Of a stretch of 64,000 nucleotides of DNA, positions 1 through 12,248 are shown in pieces. Each line of letters opens with the position of its first letter. The first letter of the stretch is position 1. Location: assembly GCA_964019425.1 (NCBI GenBank), contig OZ025791.1:434001-498000 (forward strand). Reading direction: 5' to 3'. Source of the stretch: Flectonema sp. DT1601. Taxonomy: Eukaryota. The position numbers and the translations under genes are program-made. The notes under the pieces were generated by a model. It saw only the letters and a program-made list of their open reading frames with translations. It did no database searches and had not been told where the DNA came from.

Positions 1-394
1 GCTGGTTGAAAATTGATCCAAAAAAAACGAGCAAGAAAAACAGCAATCCACCTACCTATTCCGGTTGCTGATGAAGATAAATCCAGGAACAGCTTCTGTG
101 GTTAACGAGATATATAGTTAGCGCACAGTACCAGTTAAGTAGATGTGCAAAAGAGAAAAGCCTGAGCGAAAACTATTTTTGTAGTTTCCTATTAATTCCA
201 CGTGTACGAAATACGAGTTATTTATCTTAATTATTTACCTATTTTTAAAAAAAAATAAAAAAACATAAAAAAAAAAAAAAATTTAAAAAAAAAAAAAAAA
301 GAGAACTAAACTTTTTTAACACAAATAAAAATAAAGGATTAGTAGGGTTACAATAACTACGCTTTGATAAGTTACAAGCGCAGAGTTAAATATA

Positions 395-1969
395 TTACTC
401 AGCGACTTCACGAATAAGAGAGGAGTCCATTCTTTGACCAGCAGGCGGTGGCCAAAACACACCTCCACTTTCTTTTGGTTTGGTAGGGGAGTAAGGAGCG
501 AAATCTTCCTGATGGTCATCAACTTCCCATTCCCCGTCTTCAGGTTCTTCCTCTTCTTCTTCTTCCTCCGCGACAATCCTTTGCGGGCTCACTTCGTTGC
601 TATTTTTCATTACTTCAGACAGTTTTGGAGCTGAGAATTGTTCCTTTTCACGTTTTGTTTGGAATCCATAAGACGGAGCCTTGACCATTCCTTTTTCACT
701 TTCTGCTCGCGCCATTACTACCATTCTGAGATGGACTTTTCCGACTAACAGTCCAGAGCTATCTGAACACTCAAACCAATTATCTACCGTGTGCTTCTCT
801 TTTAATGACAAGTAAAATAATAATGGTATTTTACAAATTCCTAATGTCTTATGTTGCATCAGTTTGTTGTGTTTTAATTTGACCAGCAGGTACTGTTTTT
901 TTTATTTTAATTCATTCGTTATAATACCGAAGTGGTGTATTAAAGTATAAAATCATACCTGAGCGTTCTTTACTTCTGTGAAGAACTCAAATGCTTCATT
1001 CCATTTTGGGTGTTTGGTATCTTTTTGAACTTTTGTTTCCCTACACACTTCTTCCTTGTTTGGAAGAGCTAATTTAACGTATGTTGATTTTGATGAAGAC
1101 ATTAGCTCTCCGCTAACTACTTCAACAATTAGTTTGCGTGTTTCCATCTTCACACCCGTAACTTTAAAAGCCTTTCCTATTTGAGAGGGTGCTCCTCCAG
1201 GCACTCGTAATTTCAAGTGAAGTTCACCAGTTCGCTTTCCTGGTCCTAATTTTAATGGAAACCAATTATCAACAACAGTTGTGTCTGTGAAAGGCAAGAA
1301 AAACTTCATCGGAATTGCTACCAGTCCAATACGTGTCCAACTGAAACCCTTTTTGTTATTAACTGAAAACACTAAGTAGTATCCTTCATGAAGTGCTGCT
1401 GGGAATTCAAAAGACTCAAACCACGATGGTTGATCTCCTTCTTTTACACTACTTCTATGCATAGTATCGTCGATAGGTACTCCTCTGGTGTTAACAGTTT
1501 TACAGACGGACATTTTTACTTGAGGATAGAGTTTACCTTCTACTTCAAGTTTACCAGCTATTAATTCAACAATAATTCTATTACCTGAGTATTGATGACG
1601 AGGTCTTGTTCTAACGGATACCTTTGGAGATGATGGAGTGTAGGTATTTGATCTTCTTCTCGTGTTGGGTTTCTCACTTTCAATATTTAATGATAAACCT
1701 CTATCCTCTGGTGTCATATGTGGTGATTTTGATTCTTCAGTAACACCATGAGTAGCAGTGTCTAGAAGTCGTAATATTTTCTTTCGATGTCCCATTTTCT
1801 CAACTCCTAAATGTAGTAAGTCAGAGTCGCTTAGTCTCATCACGTCTTCGACATCTTCGAATCCGTTCGCTTCAAACATATCAATATATTCACCAAATCC
1901 ATTTAACGATAAGAAGTCCGCAACCGTTTGAGATATACATGATGGATCAGAGTGTTGCGGTGACGACAT
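395..1969 (-). CDS. SAM domain + two C2 domain protein (exons 959-1969 and 395-892, about 502 aa)
   Basis: N-terminal SAM signature (VADFLSLNGFGEYIDMF...LLHLGVEKMGHRKKIL). C2 motifs (IIVELIAG...QPSWFESFEF; LIVEVVSG...HPKWNEAFEF...LGICKIPL...VDNWF). Splicing out 893-958 joins ORFs 953-1969 and 395-859 in frame (KNAQ|YLLVKLKHNKLMQH) and completes the second C2 domain. Acidic tail. Confidence 0.85.
893..958 (-). other. cis-spliced intron, 66 nt, GT-AG
   Basis: Donor CAG|GTATGA, acceptor TTAAAATAAAAAAAACAG|TAC. Phase 0; restores the reading frame. Confidence 0.9.
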
Positions 1970-2300
1970 CTTTTGAGCAACCTGACAAAATAGATAATAA
2001 ATTCAAAAATGTAGTTAAATTTGTGATAGAAAGAGTCACAAGTCACATCATTTTGTTTATCGTGTATCCGAATGAATGTAGAAATATATTTAATTTTTTA
2101 AACAATATATCATTATGTTTGCCGGTGAGACAGGCAGAGAACGAGTCAAACACTCGTCACACAACACAACACGATTAGGTAACAAATGCACAGTTATCGT
2201 TGGTTTATTCAAAAGGGTTGTTTTTTCTTAATTATTTTTTTCACGAGTTTTTTTTTCTTCTTTTTTCCCTTAAACTTATGTCAAAGTATTTTCCAACACA

Positions 2301-2341
<41 letters not shown>

Positions 2342-2967
2342 AAACCTCACTCGGATAGTATAGCATTTGAAGAAAAAAAAAACAGAAAAGGTGCCATTAT
2401 AAAATAAGTAACGAACACCGACCTGCGCACGCGATCCCCAATAGGATTTTATAAAGTATTAAAAACTCAGCGTATTAACAACCATTGCCTTTCGTTATTT
2501 TTTTTTAATCTTTTTTTTTTTTTTTTTTTTTTTTCCCCTTTCTCTTTCGTTTTCCTCGGTTTGAAAAATACCAACAAAAAAAAAAAAAAAAAGCAAATGC
2601 AGAACTTGAGAAGTAAAAAAAAAAAAAACAAAGAATTCGGTGTCCCGCGAAAGTACTAAGCCTACTGCTGGCCCATATTTCTTCCGAAGCCACAAAATTT
2701 AACAAATTAAGACCAAAAAAAAAAAAAAGCAACGAGTTAGAAGGAATAGTGGAGCTAAGAATCATCCACGAAACACTTTAGCTGAGTCCCGGGATCAGAG
2801 CACTCAGTCCAATGAAATTAAAGAACAGACGAATGCAACAAATTTTCTCAAGATAAAAACACTGCCAACTGCGAGAAACACTAATAGAGATCAATTCGAA
2901 TCAGTTGGCCCAAAAGAGGACAATATAATTATTGAGCGAAACGGTTTCCATGTGACCGCAATATAAA

Positions 2968-5900
2968 TTACAAAGGAGGTGGTAAGTTGTGCTTCTTTGG
3001 CTTTGGTGCAGGCGCATCTTGCTTTGGTTCCTCCGGCTCCGGTGCAGGGGCAGGGTCTGCCGGTTTTTCAGGCTCTGGCACTGGTTCAGGAGTGGCCTCA
3101 GGCTCCGGCTCAGGTGCAACTTCTGTTTTTGACTCCGGCTCTGGCTCTGGTTCAGGAGTGGCCTCAGGCTCCGGCTCAGGCGCAACTTCTGCTTTTGGCT
3201 CCGGCTCTGGCTCAGGAGTTGCCTCAGGTTCAGGTTCAGGCTCAGGAGCAACCTCTTTTTCCGGCTCTGGCTCCGGTTCAGGAGTGGCTTCAGGCTCAGA
3301 AGCAACTTCCCCTCTTGCTTCTGGCTCTGGTTCAGGAACAGACTCTGGCTCCTTCCTTTTCGGTTCTGGCTCAGGTGTTGGTGCATCTTCGGTCTTCTCT
3401 GACACTGGCTCAGGCTTCGGCTCCTCTTTCTCCGATTCGGGAGCTGCTGCGGGTGTCTTCTCCTCCGGTTTAGGCTCAACTTCCTGATGCTTCTCTTCCG
3501 GCTGACTTACTGCTTCTTGCTTTGATTCCTCCTTTGGCTTCTCTTTTGGCTCCTCTTGCTCCTTCTTTACCTCCTCCTTTGATTCCTCTTTCGGTTTTTC
3601 CTGTTCAGGTTCTTCCTTTTTCGGCTCTGCCTTCGCCGTTACTGGAGGAGGTCCACTTGCGACCACCACTTCCTTCTTTGCAGACGCAACAGGTGGAGGT
3701 CCCGTACTCATTGCAGCAGCAGCAGCAGTAGCCTTATCTTTAATTGGAGGTGGAGCACTGCTGTGAGCAGCTGACGCGTTGTTGCTACTTGGACCAGATG
3801 TGAGTGACAGCATTGCACCTGTTGAATCAGAACCAGGACCAGTGAGGTAGCCAGCAAAGGTTTGTTTCGTGAGGAACAGATCGTGATTTTGAGACTGGTA
3901 GCTTTCCCATCTTGGGTTAGTGTTAAGCTGTTCCCTAACAATTTGACAGTTTGGAGAACTGCCATTACTCATTGCCTTCAATGCTTTCACTGTGACTGCG
4001 CGAACCGCACTTGACGCCTGACTTTCTAACAGCGACATCAAGTATTCGACGAGGTCGCAATCTAGAGCTCTGTTTTGGTGTATTTTTGTGTTTCTGATTT
4101 CATAATAATTTAGTAGCACACAACACATGGGCAAACAGGAGACTGAGTATTATAAAATATAACAACAAGACATACTTCTTAACAATACATCCATGCTCAC
4201 AGTTGTTACTCTTCATCATCCTCTCGATTGTTTCAATTGCCTGTCCTTTCATCTCATCTGTTGTGTTGCTGTCTTTGATGAACTTCAAGAAAGGTCTCAC
4301 GCAGTCCGTCTGTCCCATTGTCTCAACAACCTGATTGTTTGGTGTTATTGTTTGTGCCAATTACTGAAATAAGTAAATTTAAGATGAGTTTATTCATACC
4401 GTTCTGCACAATGCCAGCTGGTGAAGAATCTGAACAGACGCATGTGAAACAACAGGTCTAGCCTGACCAATACTGAAGAATACCTTTGGAAGGTGACCAA
4501 GTTGTGGTACCTGATCAGCAAGAACTGGCTGAGCGTTCAAAAGGCATACGAGAGATCTCGAAAGCAGATCGATAATCTCTTCAGGAATTGGATTCTCAAC
4601 ACTCTTGACTAAGTACTCTTCAAACAACGAAGTCATAAATTTTCTCGGGTTTCTCAATGACCATCCTGGTTGCTTGACGTACAATCCAAGGTACACTCCT
4701 CCGATCTCATACTCGTCGACACCCTTTTCTTTACCAACGTTGTCTGGTAGTCTCCAGTTCAATTGTGGGTTTTCAGTCAAACCAGCGATAACGCTTTCAC
4801 GTAACTCACTGCACACGCCAATGCTTCGATCTCTCATGTCGTTGGTCCAGATCAATTCGGGGTTTTCAGTTGTAGAATCGAACTGTTGTTATTGTTGTTT
4901 TTTAATTTATATATGTAATCACTTATTCAATCCAAGACAGGTATAAATAAATAAAATAAAATCATTCCATACCATCATAGCAACTGTAGCAGCATTCTCT
5001 TTCATCGTTTCAATGAAGACTGCTGGGATGATTTTACCAGCCCGCAGTGATACCTTAGGACCATGTAATTTATCTGTTACTAACTTACCAAGGAATTGAC
5101 AAGCAGCCTCACGAATATCTGGCATGCGAGTAGTACAGAATTCATACAGAGCGAGTACGTAGCCGCCCTTTTCTAACATTTCCGAGACACACTTTGTAGT
5201 TGAAGCGAGAGCTAGCAGGATGTTCAACAGCGAAACTACTGTAGAACGGTGGCGAGCCATGCAGATTAGCACCGGGGCGAGGACATTCTCTTCAGCAACA
5301 CGAAGGACACAGTCGTGGTTTTGAGTGCAAAGTAAAAGTGCCTCAGCAGTCATTAGAGCGAGTTCTTCAGTTCCAAAGTCAAACAGAGAGAATATCATCT
5401 TCAAGTGTGGGAAACAAGCCTCAACTACATTAGGAGAAGCAGAAATAATATTTCTAATTGCTTCCATACAACTAGTGATGTTTGACATTCTATCACTTGG
5501 TTCTCGTTCAGTTGCTAACGGAACTTGTGTTTCGATGAATCTCAAACACGCTCCTACAACAGCTGCTGGTTCTGTTAAAGCAAAGTGTGGCTGTTCATTA
5601 TAGAGTCTAATAAATACTCCTCCAACAAATAACTCCTTTTGATGTGCAGAATATTCAAATGAGGCGTCGACTTCTTCTCCCTTCAGTGCAGCCTCTTGCA
5701 TCTTTTCTAAGAATTCAACCAGTTCCATACGAGTACCGTTATTCCAGAGCATGTAAGGGGTTTCTGAATTTCCGTTTAACAGCTTCAAGACTGTTGGTTC
5801 TCCTTCAGCAAGTTCACCGCGGCATTCAACACGAAGTTTATTTACAACATATGGTGTCAATACCATTGCTAATGTTTGAGTCAGTCCTGCATGTGGTTTA

Positions 5901-8900
5901 GTCTCAGGCATGAAACCACAAAGTCTGCATATCGTAAAGGTTGCTGCCTTGGCTTGGATGTTGTGCAACTCTTGTAAATTAGTTTCCGCTGACTTCTCAA
6001 CGCCTCCTTCATCCAAAGTGAAATCGTATCCAAATATAAAAGTAAGCAAATGCCACAAGACACCATACTTGTAAAGCAACTCTTGTAATTCCTCACCAGC
6101 AGCGAAGGCAGAACTGCACACAATTGATGCCTTGGCTAACTTTGGTGCGTTAGTGCAGGTGATGCCCTTGCAGACTAGTTCTACAATTCGAGGCATGGTT
6201 TGCATCTTTTCGCGACACATTTCAAAGTTTGCAGCAACTGAGAATGTTTCGATGACTCGCATTGAAACCAAAACAGGGAGCTCGTTGTCTTCAGATTTCT
6301 GAGAAACGACGTCGGCGCATCGCTCCAACGCCTGACGGAGAAGTTCAATACCACCCTCGCGAAGTAATTCCTCAGCGTTTAATGGAGAAGCGTTTACTGT
6401 GTGAAGACAAAGTTCAGCAGCACTAGGCAGAAGTGGTGTTTCCAATGCAAACAGTTGTGGATCATTTGCTTCTTGTTCAACATGGTTAAGGAGCATTGGG
6501 TAACCAGCATACTTGTAAGGTGATAATACATCCTTAAAGCGTCTGTATAGAATACTCTGAGTCCTAATAAGAAGATCAATCCTACGAGGGTCTGGAGTGT
6601 CCATTGGATGATTTGGGTTTGAAAGGAATTCATAAGCCTTGAGGATTGCTTCGAAACGCTCTCTACCATCTGGGTTCTTGTCAGGGTGAAACTTAGCAGC
6701 TAATAGAAAGTATGTCTTCTTTAGTTTCGCTTGTGGGTATTCAACCTCCGGATCGAGTTCCAACTCTTCAAGAGCTTCCTTCTTATTTAAACCAATTGGT
6801 TGACCTTGTTTCTCGAGTTCCATCTTCCATGCAGACAACGTGTCTCTTAGAAGTTCAACTTGTTGTTTAATTGGCCATTCAGGGAATCGTTCGGTGTCAC
6901 ATAAATGTTTTAAGTAATAAATGTTGCAGAACAATTCATTTTCAAGTTGCTTGAATGCAATTGGAGGTATTGGACAATAAGTATATATCGCTCTAGTGTT
7001 GGAACAGAGTTTTGGAGTGAATTCCATTAAGTGAAGAGCAATCTGTTGAACCAGATGCTGACGCATTTCATTACCCCAGATTGCTTCAGGGTTATCAAAC
7101 TCACCCAGAAACACTTCCGCAAACTTATCAGTTCCGTAGTTCGCTAAGAAGCAAACCATCGCTTTTGGTAGCATCGGTGAGAGTACTGAATTTCCTTCTT
7201 CAGATTTGAATGCTTGTTTATCATGAGTGTGTGTAAATAATTTACAGATTGGTCTTATATCAGATCCCATATACATCAAAGCGAAGTAGTACACTCCAGT
7301 CAAGTATAATCTAACAACTGATGGATTGTCTTTCATAAGTTCACAAAGAAGAACAGCTGTACGAGATACTAATCCAGGGTCTAATGTTAGTAATATTTGA
7401 ACAACGTGTGGTAGGACTGTTGGCTCTGCTAACATTCGTTTAATACGAGGAACAGGTCTGATAAGAACATCGTCTTCATTTCTAGTTGGATAGAAAGCAC
7501 ACATTCTTATTAACATATCCAAAACGAGACACGATAATTCAGTTGGGTTTAAACAACCAGGTTCTGGGTACACGAGTGTCCATCTTAGTTGTGGAACTTG
7601 TTGTAACTGATGCCAAGCATCGAGACCTTGAGCCCAGATTCTAGTGGTTTGATCGATTGCTTTGCTTTCATACATTTCCTTTACAGTTTCTAATGAAACT
7701 GGTCCTTGTTGTTCTCCATTCTCATCTTGCCAATACCATTCTGGTTCACTGCCGAGTTGTTCTGTTGGATTCATTTCAATTACATTGCTCTGAGTTCGTA
7801 ACTGTGCTCTATCATGATGTAAGTGAGCTAATGTAAGTAAATCAATTAAGATAGGAACACCGTGACAGTCTATGAATAGTTTTACATTTCCTTTTACTCT
7901 CAAAAGGTTACTTAAGAATTGAAGTAGACGATCCCTTTCCAATTTATCAGTTGAATTCTTAAGCATGTTAACCATAAATGAAAGGTCGTTAAAAACTCCA
8001 ATTTCTGACGCAAATGTTTCGTAGAGTCTGGCCATCCCATGCATGCACTGTGCCTTTAGAGAACCGTCTGATACTAATAGGAATCTGTGGTAGAGATCAT
8101 AAAAGAACTCTTTTGGATTGTGAATCTCAGGATTTGGATCTTCTAATAACAATTTTAAAAAGTGATTTCCAATTTGTATTTCATCTTTGAGGCATTCATA
8201 TAACACTTCAAACTCAACATGGTTCCATGCAACTTCATGACCTCTTCTGGTGTCTGTTCCCTGACTTAGAAGAGACAGTTCTCTTTCAATACACTCACGT
8301 AGTTCTTCACGAGTGTGATGGTTCCAAATAACATCAGGTCGTAAGTGATCCTTGTTAATTATTTCAAAGAATAATTCCCAATTTAAACACACTTGAACCA
8401 GCTCTTTTGGTTTTCTCAGTGTAACTGGAGGCTGATCTGGTGACTGAGGAGCAGGTGTTGGAATTCCCATTTTAATCCTCCAGTGGTAGGCTGCCATTCC
8501 TGCTTCTTTAAGTTTTTTCTTCTTATCAGAATTAGCAGACATGTCTTTACCAGAGATGGTACTCTTTTGCTGTAAGAACGATAACAGAGCGACAGGAACC
8601 ATTCTCTTTAATAGTTCTTGTGCTTCTGGGCAGTCAATAGTCCAAAGACCAATTAACTGAACAGCGAGCTCTCTAATGTCTGGATTCTTTGACCAAATAG
8701 CATTATAGAACTGTCTAAGAAGGGTACCTTCAGATAGTGCATATCTTTGTAAACGTTTTGCTTGAGAATCACACTCTTGAATAATAGTCTTCATAAGCAT
8801 TCCCGATGCTATACCCAGAGCCATACACGGATGTAAAAACAATCGAAACATTGCTGGACCAGCACCCTCAGCCAGTGATCCCAGCAGCTTAGTAAACTGT

Positions 8901-10633
8901 TGAGGATTTGTTGTGTCAGAGTACGGAGGGCACAATGAAAATACAAAAAAGTCGAGCAAAGCAGACACAACTAAAGCACCAGTATTAGCTAACGCATGTT
9001 GCTTTAAGAGAGCTACTAGATTGTTGAGAAAATTTGGAGAATCGAGAAGCTGAAGTCGATTACTAACTTCTTGATTGATGTTATACTTATCATGCATTGG
9101 GTATAGGAGTGCAGCTAAGAAATCAATGGCAGCATGTGATACGGCATCGTGTTTCATTTTAAAGACTGCGACAATACCTCTTCCAATAGTTCTAACAAAT
9201 CCTGGTATTCTTGTGAAAGCTTCAAATCCAGTCTTTGATGCTGCAAGTCTTCTCAATGCATAATACTGATCAGCAGCCTCATCTGGAGTAGGAGAAGCCT
9301 CCGCGTGAACCAACAGAGCTGTGATGGCAGTAGCAATCATCCTTTCTTTATTCTCAGCGAATAGTGCGTCTTTAGTTTCAGTGAATAGCAATCCACTGTA
9401 CTCAACGTTGTTATTGAAATATCTAACAAGCTGAGGGTACGTCAGAATGTCTTTCTCTGTCTTTACATCATAGTCACCCATTACTTTTAATAGAGTACTT
9501 TCTATTGCTTCTGGAACTGGTTTTCGGATTGGACCTGTACGTTGACCTCTGTCAGTACGAGACATCTTTATACAGCAGTGAAGATTTCCTGCACGTCGAA
9601 CAGCATCGAGTAGAGAAGCGAGAAGTGAGTCTCTGTCAGTTGATGTGTACTCTTTGTGACAATTATCTTTGAATTCGACAACAAACTTTTGAGTGTCTTC
9701 TTCACATCTAATAAGTGCGAACACATCAACAAGTCTTCTAACAGTGACAACATTATAAGTTGAAGGATCACGTTCAACAGCATACGAATCACAGATGCAG
9801 TAGTTTCTTCTAATCGGAACCTCATGACGACTTGTTCTCTTGGCCACACTAAACTCTGAGACAGACATCAGCGAGTCCGGAGTCACATCCAAACCCAGAC
9901 GTTTAGATTCGAATTCCTGCATTGTTATCGTACCTCCCGTCTTGATTGCAGTGTGACCGATATACTTTTTAGACATTTCAATAATTTTTTTAGTCAAGTC
10001 ATCACCTCTATCACATTGGTACATATGTAGTCTTTCATTATCACTGTACTTTATAAAGATACCACCAGGTGTGTCTTCAACTCTTCCAATCTCACGAATC
10101 ATCCAATACTCGTAGCATCCAAATACCTTTGAGACAGTTGTTGGGTCTACTTGTTGGACCCCATGTGCAGCAAGACAAAGATGAGCTGGTGACCAATCTT
10201 CATTCCAATGAAACTTCTTACAGCTGTAGACCTGTCCAGTTGTGTTATCGCGAGAAAACTTCTTTCGTTGCTTCTGTAGTTCAGTTAATATCTCAGCTCT
10301 ATCAGGTGAGCTGAATGTCATCGTTTCTGAACCAGACTTCTTAGAAACTGTTATCGTCCATTCAGTTGCTGAACTCTTTGGAAGAGCATCAAACAGACCG
10401 CTTCCGTACTTCCATTCGTTCGTCAGCTTAAAGAGAGCTGACGGATCGATTGTCGCTACTGTGTTCTTACCAACACAAAATATTCTCTTTAGCTTTCCTC
10501 TCCAGCTGTGAATTTTAATCACCATGAATCTGCAAAAGAACTCGTGAGCCAGACTCAGCTTCTCCTCTTCGGTCTTATTCTTCTCCTTTCCCGTCGACAT
10601 GAAGGAGCTGATGCTCAGCGAAGGGCCCGACAT
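2968..10633 (-). CDS. RME8: RME-8 / DNAJC13 endosomal trafficking J-domain protein (exons 4973-10633, 4400-4882, 4176-4330, 2968-4069; about 2466 aa)
   Basis: N-terminal [13 protein letters not shown] motif, four IWN-type repeats ([38 protein letters not shown]), GYF_2-like segment ([16 protein letters not shown]...TRIWAQGL), J domain ([10 protein letters not shown]), and conserved C-terminal [13 protein letters not shown]...AGYLT. Three introns join four ORFs in frame. Confidence 0.95.
3010..3480 (-). repeat. coding Glu-Pro repeat ([18 protein letters not shown] units) in the RME-8 C-terminal tail
   Basis: Recurrent GGCTCCGGCTCAGG/GGCTCTGG units with about 54-60 nt periodicity, translating to (EP)n, ATPEPEPE and EVAPEPEPE. 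Confidence 0.9.
4070..4175 (-). other. cis-spliced intron, 106 nt (RME-8 intron 3)
   Basis: Donor AA|GTATGT, acceptor ACACAAAAATACACCAAAACAG|A. Phase 2, gives IVKK-ALDCDLV. Confidence 0.9.
4331..4399 (-). other. cis-spliced intron, 69 nt (RME-8 intron 2)
   Basis: Donor ACG|GTATGA, acceptor CACAAACAATAACACCAAACAATCAG|GTT. Phase 0; removes an in-frame stop. Confidence 0.85.
4883..4972 (-). other. cis-spliced intron, 90 nt (RME-8 intron 1)
   Basis: Donor ATG|GTATGG, acceptor AAAAAACAACAATAACAACAG|TTC. Gives [16 protein letters not shown], the canonical lead-in to the last IWN repeat. Confidence 0.92.
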
Positions 10634-10899
10634 GGTAGTGCCTTTCCTTCCCTGAAAAACCTGAGTGGGGAAAATAAATATTTCACTAAAACATTATTTT
10701 TGACACAAAAAAACTAACAAAAAAGAGTTACTGACTGACAAATGACAGCTTTGCAAGTATAGCTGACTAAGAATAATTGACTAGCGCGCACGATGCTAAC
10801 CATCCACTTCTTTAGAGACCCGTTATTACCAGAGATAATAACAATTGTCTCGGTGTTTAGTTGTTGTTGATAGCCTCCGCTGATTGGAGAACAGAGTAC

Positions 10900-11259
10900 C
10901 TATTGTGGTGAATCATCATCGCCATTTTGTACGATGCCTTCTAATAATTTAATTAAGGTCTTCTGTCCCTGAGTTGTTCTCGGTGTTGGTACGTTAAATC
11001 CTCCCTCACCTAATAAACTCAATTCCAAATTAATTAATAGCGGCTTGAACATTCCCAATCTTTGAATAGCTTTCGCAAATAAAAAGAAATCTTTATCGCG
11101 ATGAATATCTACGAGTCCCATAAATTCGTTGCTTTCCATTGAAAATGGAGAATCATGTGCAACTTTGTTTATTGCTTCTTCGTGTTCACGTCCCCAGGGT
11201 GGACAGAGCGGTATTAATAATAAGGTTCTCTCAGTCCTGTCATTCCGTGATTCCGTCAT
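10900..11259 (-). CDS. hypothetical protein, 119 aa
   Basis: ATG-initiated ORF of normal composition on the gene-bearing strand, preceded by a T-rich AG at 11280-11281. No family recognised. Confidence 0.6.
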   Translation of the reverse strand: MTESRNDRTERTLLLIPLCPPWGREHEEAINKVAHDSPFSMESNEFMGLVDIHRDKDFFLFAKAIQRLGMFKPLLINLELSLLGEGGFNVPTPRTTQGQKTLIKLLEGIVQNGDDDSPQ

Positions 11260-11570
11260 GTTAATATGTTACCCACCACCTGGCATAAAACATGAAAATA
11301 TATTACCATGCATTCATAAGAGTAATGACACATATAAGAAATATAAAAGTTTACTTTTTTATGGTTATGACTGCAAACTACCATGAATAGAAGCAGTGTC
11401 TCGGAAATAATTATTTAAAGAACAATATCACTAAATGACTTTTCAGAAGAATCCGACAGTGTAGCATCCCTTTTATCTCAGTGATTATCATTAGGGGTAA
11501 CGCCTTTTTCATAAACTACTGCGATTTGGGTCACTTTACACTTGCATTAGTAATAACTTGTGTAAAATGG

Positions 11571-12248
11571 TTATTGATACTGAGGTTGTGTCTTCATCCA
11601 CTCCTTAACCTCACTTTGGATCTTTGTTACGACGTCATGTTTGTAATATTTATATTTAATTAGCCTTCCATCATCTTCACCTTCATGGCTCTTCGCACCT
11701 TCTAATTTAATTTTACTGTAGGCTTCGAAGGCGTGAGGTGTTTTGGTTACGTATTCGACAAACGCACGCATTTCATTTGCGAAGGAACAGTTTTCTGGAA
11801 CCACATGGAATACCATCCTTCCGAGGTGACCTGGTTTTCCTTCACCTCCAAAGAACCACTGGTCTTGTTCATAGTGGGGTGATGGTGATCCTTGAAAAGA
11901 AATACCAACTTCCTTTAATTTCTCCAACACATCTTCGGGAAGAGGCCATTCCTTGAGCTCAACTAGAATATCAGTTACTGGGGTACCAGGCATTCCAGGA
12001 ATTGCAGAGCTTCCCATTCTGCTTGAGCGTGCAAAACGATCTCCAATTACTTCTTTAACCTTTGCTGTACCTTCTTCAAAAACTACACGAAGTTCTTCAG
12101 GGTCCGCTCCCTTTAGCATGAATGGGTACCCAGACAAATATATCGTCTCGCTTGTCATGTTAGTTGTCGTTCTGAATTGAAAATGTGACCATGGACGTAG
12201 TCCTTTTGTTTTAAATACCCCCCTAGATATGGAATACAGGGTATTCAT
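11571..12248 (-). CDS. GrpB / UPF0157 (nucleotidyltransferase-fold) family protein, possibly with a mitochondrial presequence
   Basis: RMGSSAIPGMPGTPVTDILV resembles the GrpB motif HIGSTAVPG..KPIIDI. Also has FHVV...FVEYV...AYSKIKL...YKYYK. The upstream part of the 289-aa ORF is a poly-T artefact; the likely start is ATG 12248 (MNTLYSISRGVFKTKGLRPW, basic and hydroxylated, no acidic residues). Confidence 0.75.
   Translation of the reverse strand: MNTLYSISRGVFKTKGLRPWSHFQFRTTTNMTSETIYLSGYPFMLKGADPEELRVVFEEGTAKVKEVIGDRFARSSRMGSSAIPGMPGTPVTDILVELKEWPLPEDVLEKLKEVGISFQGSPSPHYEQDQWFFGGEGKPGHLGRMVFHVVPENCSFANEMRAFVEYVTKTPHAFEAYSKIKLEGAKSHEGEDDGRLIKYKYYKHDVVTKIQSEVKEWMKTQPQYQ

Noticed and set aside
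1..398. Additional intron (GTAAT donor at 397, A-rich TAG near 173) extending the SAM-C2 gene
   Set aside because: The donor is not GTATG, and the in-frame continuation stops after about 17 codons with no recognisable domain.
2901..3487. Overlapping ORFs 2901-3479(-), 2979-3473(+) and 2987-3487(+) (GS-rich, QS-rich)
   Set aside because: Alternative-frame and antisense shadows of the EP repeat in the last RME-8 exon.
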